A DNA stretch of 64,000 nt, taken from positions 64,001 through 128,000 of the forward strand of contig CAVQUB010000004.1 of the NCBI GenBank assembly GCA_963716725.1, read 5' to 3'. Below, piece after piece: positions 44,020-53,039 of this stretch. The notes under the pieces are model-generated. The model was not told where the DNA came from, did no database searches, and saw nothing but the letters and a program-made list of their open reading frames with translations. A program made the position numbers and the translations under genes. Each line of letters begins with the position of its first letter. Position 1 is the stretch's first letter. Origin of the DNA: an uncultured delta proteobacterium. GTDB lineage: Bacteria; Myxococcota_A; Polyangia; Polyangiales; Polyangiaceae.

Positions 44020-45405
44020 ATGCGCCGACTGAAGGTTCTCGTGCTCGCGGGCGCGGCGCTGTGGTCCTTGGCCGCGCACGCAGATCCTGAGAAGCCTCCT
44101 CCCCGGATGAGCGCTGCGGTGACCGCTCGGGCGCCCGTCTACACGCTCCGGCGCTGCCTGGAGCTGGCCGCGCGGAACTACCCGAAGGTCGCCGAAGCCA
44201 AGGCGCGCCTGCGACACAAAGAGGCGCAGCTGTCCCAGGCGCACACCGCGCCATTCAGCGAATGGAACCTGACCGCTGGGGTCGGTCCGGCGCCCACTGT
44301 TCGCGGCACCAGTATTTACAGCCCGAACACCGACGCGGCGCTGACGTCCAACATGGCGCTGGCCTGGCAGGTGGGCATCGACGGTGTGGTGCCGCTCTGG
44401 ACCTTCGGCAAGATCACCAACCTGTGGGACGCAGCCGAGGCCCAGATCAAGGTCGGCGAGCACGAGGTCAAGCGAGAGAAGAACGACGTCAAGATGTCGG
44501 TGCGTCGGGCCTTCTACGGGGCGCAGCTTGCGCGCGACTCGCTGGCGCTGGTGCGCGAAGCCACGCAGCGGATCGACAAACACCTGGGGCGACTCGAGGC
44601 CCGGGTGGCCGACGGCGACGGCGACGACATCGAGCTGCTGAAGCTGAAGATGTATCGCGCCGAGCTCGAGGCTCGGGAGAGCGAAGCGGCGAAACAAGAG
44701 CGGATCGCCCTGGCCGGACTGAAGTTTCTGATCGGAGCGCCCTCGGCCGTCGAAATCCCCGACCAACCGCTGCGACGCGTGCCGCACCGGCTGGCGCCCC
44801 TCGGTCGCTATCTGGAGGCAGCTCGCCTGTTTCGACCCGAGGTCAACATGGCGCGGGCCGGGGTGATGGCGCGCCAGGCCCAGGTCCGGCTGGAGCAGTC
44901 GCGCTACTTCCCGGATTTCGGTCTGGCCCTCAGCGGGCGCTACGGCCGGGCGCCCGAGGTGACCAATCAGATCAACCCCTGGGTCAACGACAGCGCCAAT
45001 CGCTTTCACTACGGCGCGGCGCTGGCGCTGAAGTGGAAGCTCGACTTTCTCCCGCAGAGCGCCCGGGTGGCCCAGGCGCAGGCGCAGCTCGAGGAGATCC
45101 GCGCCACGGAGCGCTACGCGCTCGGAGGCGTCGGGACCGAGGTGGAGCAGGCCTTTGCCGAGGCCGTCGACGCGGCCACACGCGTTGACGCCTACACCCG
45201 CGCGCAGGGCTACGCACGCCAGTGGCTGATCAAGGTGCAGCAGGGCATCGACGTGGGCACCTTCGAAGACGAGGACGTCGTCTCGCCGGCGAAGGAGTAC
45301 GCGCTCAAGCGCTTCGCGCAGATGAGCGCGGTCTACGAGTACAACATCGCCATCGCCCGGCTCTCGCAGGCGACGGGCTGGGACTCCATCGCACCGGTGG
45401 ACTGA
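44020..45405 (+). CDS. TolC-family outer membrane efflux protein
   Basis: Signal peptide, two OEP repeats (VPLWTFGK; RPEV...YFP), C-terminal YNIAIARLSQATG. Confidence 0.9.
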   Translation: MRRLKVLVLAGAALWSLAAHADPEKPPPRMSAAVTARAPVYTLRRCLELAARNYPKVAEAKARLRHKEAQLSQAHTAPFSEWNLTAGVGPAPTVRGTSIYSPNTDAALTSNMALAWQVGIDGVVPLWTFGKITNLWDAAEAQIKVGEHEVKREKNDVKMSVRRAFYGAQLARDSLALVREATQRIDKHLGRLEARVADGDGDDIELLKLKMYRAELEARESEAAKQERIALAGLKFLIGAPSAVEIPDQPLRRVPHRLAPLGRYLEAARLFRPEVNMARAGVMARQAQVRLEQSRYFPDFGLALSGRYGRAPEVTNQINPWVNDSANRFHYGAALALKWKLDFLPQSARVAQAQAQLEEIRATERYALGGVGTEVEQAFAEAVDAATRVDAYTRAQGYARQWLIKVQQGIDVGTFEDEDVVSPAKEYALKRFAQMSAVYEYNIAIARLSQATGWDSIAPVD

Positions 45406-45730
45406 GAGGCTCGGCTCGGGCGTGGGCGTGGGCTCAGGGCCTGTGAAAGAATCCCCAGCGACCACGAGGGAAGGAGCACCGGCAGCGCTTCGGAGTCGCC
45501 GGCATGGGGGCGAGGCGCAACCCCAGCACGATTCGCCGAGAGACGCTGGGTCGGGTTTGTGCGGCGCCGCGAGCAGCAGCGTCGCGGACTAGGCGCGAGC
45601 GCTTCCGACCTGGACGCATTCCCGCACGGCGCTCTGCCGCGCTCGAAGGCGAAACGGCCACCCACTGCGCTGCCGCTGACAAGGACCTGGGGGGGCGTCC
45701 CATGCACGACCCTTGGAAGTCCCTGGCGAG

Positions 45731-47213
45731 CTCACGATCAGTCACATCTTTTGATCCGGTTTCGTCCCCCCGTGCGTCCGGAGAGCATGGCAAGAGCGAA
45801 GGCGAAGGTGCGAGTGTCTGTGGCAATGGAGTTCGAGGGGGCTGAGCTTGGGGATCGGCGGCTGAACGCCCGACTGGAGCGGATCGCGCGAGCAGCGGAC
45901 GCGAACCCGCGCGATACCTTTCCCGACATGATGGGCTCTGGGGCAGAACTCGAAGGTTTCTACCGCTTTGTCCGGAACGAAAAGGTGAGCTTCGACGAGG
46001 TGCTCCGGCCGCACGTCAGCGCCACAGTGCGTCGGGTTGCGGAGCACGGCGAAGTGATCGTGATCCACGACACGACGGAGTTTCGGTTCTTGGGCGACAA
46101 GCGCCAGGGGCTCGGCAGGGTCGGCATGGTAGGCCAAGGGTTCATGGGGCACTTCTCGCTCGCGGTCGTCCATGGCGAGGAGAGAGAGCCGCTCGGTGTG
46201 CTTGCGGTCGAGCCGTGGACGCGGCGCGGCGATTCCGTATCGAAGCGTGAGAAGGATGGGCGGACCACCGGCAAGGAAGCCAGAACAGCGCCTGAGCGGG
46301 AATCGCTGCGCTGGGCCAGAGGGATTTCCGCTGCAGAAGACGTCGTGGCCCAGCGAGCTGCCTTGATCCACGTGATGGACAGCGAGGCCGATGACTATGC
46401 GCTCTTGACGCAACTGATCGGGGATGACCGTCGGTTCGTGGTTCGCATGGCCCGTGATCGCGCAATCACGGATGCCGAGGGGAAGGTCAGGGCAGCTGGA
46501 GCGTCAGCGGCGATGGTCGCTGCACGAAGTGTCGCGCTTTCACGCCGTAAACCTCCCATAGGCCCGAAGGACCGACGCAGGCTGGCGCGTGCAGAGCGGC
46601 TCGCCACTCTGACGGTCGGCGCACGACAGCTATCGATCACCCGCCCCTCGTAGGCGGGCAGCAAGTTTTCGAAGAGCCTGCCAGGTCAACGTCATCTACG
46701 TGAACGAAGTCGACGTCCCAAAAGGCACCGAACCGGTCGAGTGGATCCTGTTCACCACGGAGCCCGTCAAAACGAAGAAGCAGATCCTCCGCGTCGTTGA
46801 CATCTACCGGTCGCGTTGGTTGATCGAGGAGTATTTCAAGGCGCTCAAGACCGGCTGCGACCTTGAGAAGCGCCAACTCGAGAGCTGCAGCACGCTCCTG
46901 GTGGCGCTCGGTGTTTTCGTGCCGATCGCGTGGGGTCTGCTCCGTTTGCGCGCGCTCTCCAGAACGGCGCCCGACACCCCGGCAACTCGAGTCCTCACTC
47001 CAACGCAACTCGACCTGCTCCGGCGGCACCCCAAGGCAAAGATGTCTTCGACAGCGACCGTGCGCGAAGCGCTGCTCGCAGTCGCCCGCCTCGGTGGCCA
47101 CCTGCGCAGCAACGGAGACCCTGGCTGGATCGTCCTCGGGCGCGGATACCATCACCTGTTGCTGCTGGAGATCGGCTTCCGGCTGGGCCAGGAAAGATGC
47201 GATCAATCGTGAG
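45731..47213 (+). mobile_element. IS4-family insertion sequence (1483 bp)
   Basis: 21-bp IRs CTCACGATCAGTCACATCTTT and reverse complement CTCACGATTGATCGCATCTTT (17/21); 8-bp target duplication CTGGCGAG at 45723-45730 and 47214-47221. Confidence 0.92.
45787..47212 (+). pseudogene. IS4-family (IS50/Tn5-like) transposase, in-frame TAG at 46651 and +1 shift near 46681
   Basis: LGDRRLNARL, HDTT, VMDSEAD, YRSRWLIEEYFKALK (YREK motif) and ARLGG..PGW. Confidence 0.9.
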
Positions 47214-47488
47214 CTGGCGAGGGACGCCCCTTGGTGGGCTTGGTGGGGGGCGTGCAAGCACCGTCCCCGCGCTCGGCGTCACGAGAGAAAGCGCACCGCA
47301 TCCCCATTTTCTTCTTGACGCATTTCCAGGCGACTCGCGCTCGCACTTTGCCGGGCGTGTCACCGAAGGCGTCTCTGTTGCGCGACGAAGCTCGCCCATC
47401 GTGTTTCGCTCGAGCGACGACGCGCGACGCGTTTGGACGCGTGAAACGCGCTCACCGTGTCGGCCGCGAGGCCAAAAAACAGCGTGTT

Positions 47489-48784
47489 ATGCCAGAAAGC
47501 ATGCACGCTCTCTCTTCGGTCTCCGATCGCGAGCTTCGCGAGCGCCTCTCCTCCGCCGTGAGCGCCGAGCAGCTGGCTTCTGCCGACGTCATCTTCCACC
47601 TGGCGGAGCTCGACCGCCGAAAGCTCTACCTCGAGGACGCCTGCTCCTCACTCTTCGCGTACTGCGTGGAGCGGCTCGGCTACTCCGAGGACGGCGCGAG
47701 CAAGCGAGTCCGTGTCGCCCGCTTGGTTCTGCGTTTTCCCCAGGCCCTCGACGAGCTCGCGAGCGGCGCCATCCACCTGACCGGACTGTTCCTGCTCTCC
47801 GGGCACCTCACGGAAGACAACGCCGATCGACTCATCGCCGAGGCTCGCGGCAAGTCGAAGCGGCAGCTCGAGGAGCTGCTCGCTCGGTGGGCGCCCCGGT
47901 CCGACGTACCGGCGACCATCACCCCGAGCGGGCCCGAGCCAGCTCGAGCGGAGTTATCAACAATGTCCGGGACAGGTGGCTCCGAGCTGTCGGCGCCGCC
48001 GCCATCGGCGCACCGTCCTCGTGTCGAGCCGCTCTCGGCCACGAGCTTCCGCGTGGAATTCACCGCCAGTGCCACGCTCCGCGACAAGCTCGAACACGCC
48101 CGGAACCTCCTCAGCCACGCCGTGCCGAGCGGGGATCTCGCGACCCTGATCGAGCGAGCCATCGATCAGCTCATCGCCGTGGAGACGAAGCGCCGCGCGG
48201 GCGCGGGCCAGCCACGCAAGCGCCGTGAACCTCGCGCCGGCTCGCGCCACGTGCCGGTGGAGGTCCAGCGCGCGGTGCGGGAGCGGGATGGCAACCAGTG
48301 CACCTTCGTCGATGCCGAGGGACGCCGCTGCTCCGAGAATAGACCGTCCGGCCGGGCCGGAGGAGCGCCGTCCGCTGATGCGAACAGTCGCAAGGAGCCA
48401 TCTCGAGTCAGGACGCTGAACACGAGTGGTTTCCTGACCATCGAGCACGTCGACCCGTACGCGATGGGAGGACCAACGACAGTGGATAACTGCTGCTTGC
48501 TTTGTTCGGCTCACAACGCCCACCGGGCGCGACAGGTCTACGGCGAGCAGCACGTCCGGAAGAAGGTCTCGGAGGCTCGCGCGGGCCGGGAAGCGCGCGG
48601 TGTGTCTGCGGGGACTGCGGCCGAGCTGAAGAGCGAAGTGTTCGAGAAGGTGCTGGCGGCTCTGCTTCACTCGGGGTTCAAGCGGCACGAGGCGCGGCGA
48701 GCCCTCGAACAGGTGCGCTCGCTCGGAGTCGAGCCGCAGCTCGAGCCAGTGCTGCGCGGAGCGCTGGCGGTACTCACTCCCTGA
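47489..48784 (+). CDS. HNH endonuclease with DUF222-like N-terminus and RuvA-C-terminal-like tail
   Basis: SSLFAYCVERLGYSE helical N-terminus; RDGNQC...C...EHVDP...GG...N..LLCSAHN; tail ALLHSGFKRHEARRAL...VLRGALAVL. Confidence 0.85.
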   Translation: MPESMHALSSVSDRELRERLSSAVSAEQLASADVIFHLAELDRRKLYLEDACSSLFAYCVERLGYSEDGASKRVRVARLVLRFPQALDELASGAIHLTGLFLLSGHLTEDNADRLIAEARGKSKRQLEELLARWAPRSDVPATITPSGPEPARAELSTMSGTGGSELSAPPPSAHRPRVEPLSATSFRVEFTASATLRDKLEHARNLLSHAVPSGDLATLIERAIDQLIAVETKRRAGAGQPRKRREPRAGSRHVPVEVQRAVRERDGNQCTFVDAEGRRCSENRPSGRAGGAPSADANSRKEPSRVRTLNTSGFLTIEHVDPYAMGGPTTVDNCCLLCSAHNAHRARQVYGEQHVRKKVSEARAGREARGVSAGTAAELKSEVFEKVLAALLHSGFKRHEARRALEQVRSLGVEPQLEPVLRGALAVLTP

Positions 48785-48791
48785 GACGGTT

Positions 48792-48823
48792 CGTGCACAC
48801 CCCCGACAAAGGGGGGGTGCACG
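48792..48823. other. Strong hairpin between the HNH gene and the transposase
   Basis: CGTGCAC-A-CCCCC-GACAAA-GGGGG...GTGCACG inverted repeat. Confidence 0.7.
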
Positions 48824-48825
48824 GG

Positions 48826-50108
48826 ATGCCGCTTTTGGTCTTGGTAGCGGCAGCGCCGCGGGCACGGGACGCGGCGCCCGACTTCGACAGGCCCATCGTG
48901 AGCAACTCGGCTGGGGGCGCATCGATCTGGAGGCGCAGGTACCTCACGACCACCCCGTGCGTGCCATCGCCGCGGTGATCGACCGCCTGGACCTCTCGAA
49001 GCTCTACGCTCGCATCGGCGCACACGACTCGAACCCCGGCGCGCCGGCCATCGACCCCAAGCTCTTGCTCGGCCTGTGGGTGTACGCCACCAGCGACGGC
49101 GAGAACAGCGCTCGGGAGATCCAGCGCCTGACCGAGTTGCACGCCGCCTGTCGGTGGCTGTGCGGCGGGGTGAGGCTCAACCACCACACGCTCAGCGACT
49201 TTCGCAGCCACAACGCCGAGGTGTTCGACGACCTGGTCACGCAGGTGCTGGCCTTGCCCATGAGCCACGACCTGGTGGACCTCATGCGTGTCGCGCAGGA
49301 CGGCACGCGCGTACGGGCCAGTGCTGGGGCGAGTTCTTTCGCAAGGGCACCACGCTGGAGGCTCTGCGCCAGGAGGCTCTTCTCCCATCTGGCCGCGGTC
49401 ACGGCAGACACCGAGAGCAGCTCACGCCGAGCCGCGGCGCAGAAGCGTGCAGCCCAGGATCGCCTCGACCGGCTCGACGCGGCGCTCGCGCAGTTGCCCG
49501 GGGCCGCGAAGACCAAAAGCAAGAGCGGCGCCAAGGACCCGACCCCTCGAGTGTCGACGACCAATCCGCAGGCACGGGTGATGAAAATGGGCGACGGAGG
49601 ATTCCGGCCCGCCCACAACGTGCAGCTCGCCACGACCGCCGACGACGCGCGGGTCATCGTCGGTGTCGCCGGCACCCACCGCGGCAGCGACATGGCCGAA
49701 TCGACTCCGATGCTCGAGCAGATCGAGAAGCGGACTGGCGTCCGGCCACGAGAGCTCCTCGTCGATGGGGGATACGCGAAGCATGAAGCCATCGACGAAG
49801 CAGCCGCGCGCAACGTCACCGTCTACGCTCCGCTGCCCAAGCCCCGCAACGACGACGGCTCTGACCCTCATCGGCCGAGGGATACCGACAGCTCAGCCGT
49901 TGCCGCCTGGAGACACCGCATGGCCACCGACGAGGCCAAGCAGATCTACCGGCAACGGGCCGCGACCGCCGAGTCCGTCCACGCGGACGCCAAAACGCAC
50001 CGCGGGCTCGACTCGCTGACCCTGCGGGGACGGGGCAAGGCTCTCGCCAGCGTGACGCTCTTCGCGCTCACGTACGACATCCTGCGCGCCATCACGCTCG
50101 GCGTCTGA
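48826..50108 (+). pseudogene. IS1182-family transposase (degenerate)
   Basis: RQAHREQ...DLEAQVPHDHPVRAI, DPKLLLGLWVYA, SAREI, HTLSDFR, QDGTRVRA, VDGGY and YRQRAATAE; no in-frame start before 48957, and a local compensating frameshift near 49335-49380. Confidence 0.85.
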
Positions 50109-50254
50109 CCCCTCCACCGCTCCGCCGCGGCCCCGTTTTCCGCGCTCGGCCCACCTGAATCGCGTCGCGCTCCACGCGCTCCCGCCCTGCGCCTGGGACT
50201 CGCCCTCGCTCGATCCCCCGGCGGCGCATGCTCAACCGATTTCTTCTCACCCGC

Positions 50255-52093
50255 TCAGGCCGGGACGGGTCGCCCGCGCGTCTCGTGATCGTCCAGGCGC
50301 TTCTCGATGCCCGCCAAGCCGTTGTTGAGCGACTCGGTGATCATCTGCACCAGCGTCGGCAGGCTGCTCTTGAGCGCCTCGTAGTAGCGCTGGCGCTCGG
50401 TTGAATGGATGATCGCGGGCGGGTGGCCGGCGCGCAGCAAGATGATGTTCATCAGCATGCGCGAGACCTTGCCGCTGTCGTTGGAGAAGGGGAAGACGCG
50501 CACCAGATCGTAGTGGACGCGGGCGGCGATCCGCAGCGGATGCTTGATCTTCTTGGGTTCGGGCCCGTTCAACCAATCGACCACCTGACGGACCTTGTAG
50601 GCGATCTTGTCGGGCGAAGCGTACTCGTGGAAGTACAGGCGGTGCTGCGGGATGTCCTTCCGGTAACGCAGGTTCTTGATGTCACCCTCTTCTGGGTGCA
50701 GCGTCAGGTAGATCTTCTTCACCGTGTCGACGGTGATGGGCGCACGCTTCTTCTCGCCCAGGTCGCGCACGAGCGCGAGCGCCAGCCGGTGCCGCCGGAT
50801 TTCGTCGACCACGGGCTGAAGGCTCGAGTCGGGCACCACGGTCTGTGAAGGATCGGTGGCCGTTCGGAGCTCTTGGTAGGTGTAGACCACGCCCTCGAGC
50901 GCGCTGTCGTGATAGACCCACGACATCTCGAGGCTCTCGGCGTACTCGTTGCGGAAGGCGTCGTCGCACTCCGCCAGGCGCTTCAGAACCAGAGCGTAGC
51001 GGTCCTCCATGGAGGCGGGCGGCGGCTCTTTCGGCGGCGGCGGCGGCGACACGACCGCTGCCGTGGGAGAGGTTCGAGCGAGCGCGGGTCGCGCCGACTG
51101 TGAGCCTTGGCGCGTCGTGCCTGCTTGGTTCGGGATCGCGTCTGGACGATAGACTCGGGTCGTCGACGCCCGCCCGGCGCCTGCTCGAAGCGCGCGCTTG
51201 GTGGCCCGTGCCACCCGTCCCTCGAGGGCGCGTCGGGCGGCTTCGCGGTCCGCCCGGAGGCGCTCCCGCTCGACCTCTTTGGCCTTGCGATAAACTTCGC
51301 GCTCCGCGTCGCGTCGCGCCCGCTCTTCATCTTTGGCGCGCCGCGCCTCTTCCCGGACGCGCTCGCGCTCGGCCTCGCGCTCCGCGCGCTCGGCCTCCTT
51401 CAGGTCGCGCGCGGCTTCCTTCACGCGCTCGCGCTCGGCCTCCCGCGCCTTGCGCTCGGCGTCGCGCTTGGCTGCCAGGGCCTTCTGCTCGCGAGCACGC
51501 TCTTTCTCGCGCTCTTTCCGCTCGCGTTCGCGCTCTTTCTGTTCGCGTTCGCGCTCTTTCTCGCGCTCACGCTTCTCGCGTTCGCGCTCCTTCTGCGCGA
51601 GCGCGCGCTCTTTCTCGCGCTCACGCTTCTCGCGTTCGCGCTCGCGGAGCGCGTTGGCCCGCTCGCGCTCTTTTTCGCGCAGCGCTCTCGCTCGGTCTTG
51701 CTCGCGCTGCCGCTTCGACGGCGGCGGGCGCTTCCCGGCCTTGGCCTTGGGCTTCAGCGTGGCCTTGGCCTTGGGCTTCAGCGTGGCCTTGGCCTTGGGC
51801 TTCGAAATAGCCTTGGGCTTGGGCTTGGGCTTCGAAATAGCCTTGGCTTTGGCTTTGGCTTTGGCCTTGGCCTTCGGCGTGGCTTTGGGCTTCGGCGTGG
51901 CTTTGGGCTTGGCCTTCGGGCGGGTCGTGGGCTTCACTTTGGATTTGGGCTTCGGCTTCGCCGTGGCCTTGGCCTTGGCCTTCGGCCGCGAGGCCGAAGG
52001 TCGCGCCTTGGCCGCCGCGCCCGCCTTCTTTTTTGTAGCGGGGCGGGGTTTCGCAGCGGACTTGTTTGGTTTTTTCGTTGTACGGGCCGGCAT
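50255..52093 (-). CDS. Fic-domain protein with histone-H1-like and charged-helix N-terminus; catalytic His absent
   Basis: K/A/P-rich N-terminus, E/R/K-rich helix, YHDSALEG alpha-inh-like motif, Fic motif read as FPFSNDSGKVSR. Confidence 0.85.
   Translation of the reverse strand: MPARTTKKPNKSAAKPRPATKKKAGAAAKARPSASRPKAKAKATAKPKPKSKVKPTTRPKAKPKATPKPKATPKAKAKAKAKAKAISKPKPKPKAISKPKAKATLKPKAKATLKPKAKAGKRPPPSKRQREQDRARALREKERERANALREREREKREREKERALAQKEREREKREREKEREREQKERERERKEREKERAREQKALAAKRDAERKAREAERERVKEAARDLKEAERAEREAERERVREEARRAKDEERARRDAEREVYRKAKEVERERLRADREAARRALEGRVARATKRALRAGAGRASTTRVYRPDAIPNQAGTTRQGSQSARPALARTSPTAAVVSPPPPPKEPPPASMEDRYALVLKRLAECDDAFRNEYAESLEMSWVYHDSALEGVVYTYQELRTATDPSQTVVPDSSLQPVVDEIRRHRLALALVRDLGEKKRAPITVDTVKKIYLTLHPEEGDIKNLRYRKDIPQHRLYFHEYASPDKIAYKVRQVVDWLNGPEPKKIKHPLRIAARVHYDLVRVFPFSNDSGKVSRMLMNIILLRAGHPPAIIHSTERQRYYEALKSSLPTLVQMITESLNNGLAGIEKRLDDHETRGRPVPA
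51480..51985. repeat. Low-complexity coding repeats (KPKAKA and REREK units)
   Basis: Tandem TTGGCC/TTGGGC hexamers and duplicated CTCTTTCTCGCGCTCACGCTTCTCGCGTTCGCGCTC blocks. Confidence 0.85.
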
Positions 52094-52214
52094 CGCCGAA
52101 GCCTCGGCCGCGGGCCGATCGCAGTCGCACACCGCGGAAAAAGTCGGGCTTCACGCTAGTCGCGGCGCACGCAATTCGTCAACAGCCTTCGTTTGGCCGA
52201 GGCACCGGAATCGA

Positions 52215-53039
52215 CTAGCGGGCGTCGAAGTACTCGGGGAAGAGCTCGCTCTGGGCCAGGACCTGAGAGCGGCCGGTCAGGACCTCCGCGCCCGTCTCGG
52301 TCACCAGCACCGTATGCTCGAATTGGGCCGAGAGGGAGCCATCGGTGGTCACGGCGGTCCAGTCGTCATCGAGGACCCGGACTTCCCAGCCCCCGACGTT
52401 GATCATCGGTTCGATGGTGAAGATCATCCCGGGACGGAGGCGGATCCCCCGACCCCAGGTGCCGTAGTGGCTGACCTTCGGCTCTTCGTGGAACTGGCGT
52501 CCGATGCCGTGGCCGACGAAGTCTCGCACCACGGAGCAACCCTGGCCTTCGGCGAAGCCCTGAATGGCAGCGCCGATGTCACCCAGTCGCGCGCCGGCGC
52601 GGACCTGCGCGATGCCGAGGGCCAACGAGCGTCGGGCCACCTCGGTGACCTTGATCGCCTCCGCGCTGGGCTTCCCGATGTAGAACGTCGCGGACGTGTC
52701 GCCGTAGAAGCCTTTGTACACGTGGGTCACGTCGACGTTGATGATGTCCCCGTCCCGGAGCACCTGCGCACCCGGGATGCCGTGGCAGACGACGTCGTTG
52801 ATGCTCGTGCAAACGCTCTTCGGAAAGCCTTTGTACTGGAGCGGCGCCGGCCGCGCGCCTCGGCGCAACGTGTCTTCGTGAACGAAGCTGTTGATGTCCT
52901 CGGTGGTGATGCCGGGGCGCAGCATTTCACCGACGAGCTCGAGGGTCTCTGCCGCCATGCGGCAGACCTCGCGCATGCGGTCGATCTCTTTCGGTCCTTT
53001 GATTTCAACCGAGGTCCCGCGAAATCCCATGATGTCCAT
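52215..53039 (-). CDS. map: Methionine aminopeptidase type I
   Basis: CTSINDVVCHGIP, DIINVDV, GHGIG..FHEEP, TIEPM and SAQFEHT motifs. Confidence 0.97.
   Translation of the reverse strand: MDIMGFRGTSVEIKGPKEIDRMREVCRMAAETLELVGEMLRPGITTEDINSFVHEDTLRRGARPAPLQYKGFPKSVCTSINDVVCHGIPGAQVLRDGDIINVDVTHVYKGFYGDTSATFYIGKPSAEAIKVTEVARRSLALGIAQVRAGARLGDIGAAIQGFAEGQGCSVVRDFVGHGIGRQFHEEPKVSHYGTWGRGIRLRPGMIFTIEPMINVGGWEVRVLDDDWTAVTTDGSLSAQFEHTVLVTETGAEVLTGRSQVLAQSELFPEYFDAR

Larger units (their letters stand above)
45439..50254 (+). mobile_element. Putative composite IS1182-like element with HNH passenger and nested IS4
   Basis: TCAGG direct repeats at 45434-45438 and 50255-50259; imperfect terminal IRs GCCTGTGAAAGAATC and reverse complement GCGGGTGAGAAGAAATC; IS1182 transposase at the right end. 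Confidence 0.55.

Noticed and set aside
48338..48430. Hammerhead ribozyme in the HNH insertion
   Set aside because: CTGATG is followed by C rather than A, and there is no GAAA core in the required stem context
47489..48784. IscB or Cas9-like nuclease
   Set aside because: No PLMP or RuvC motifs; HNH is the only nuclease domain seen
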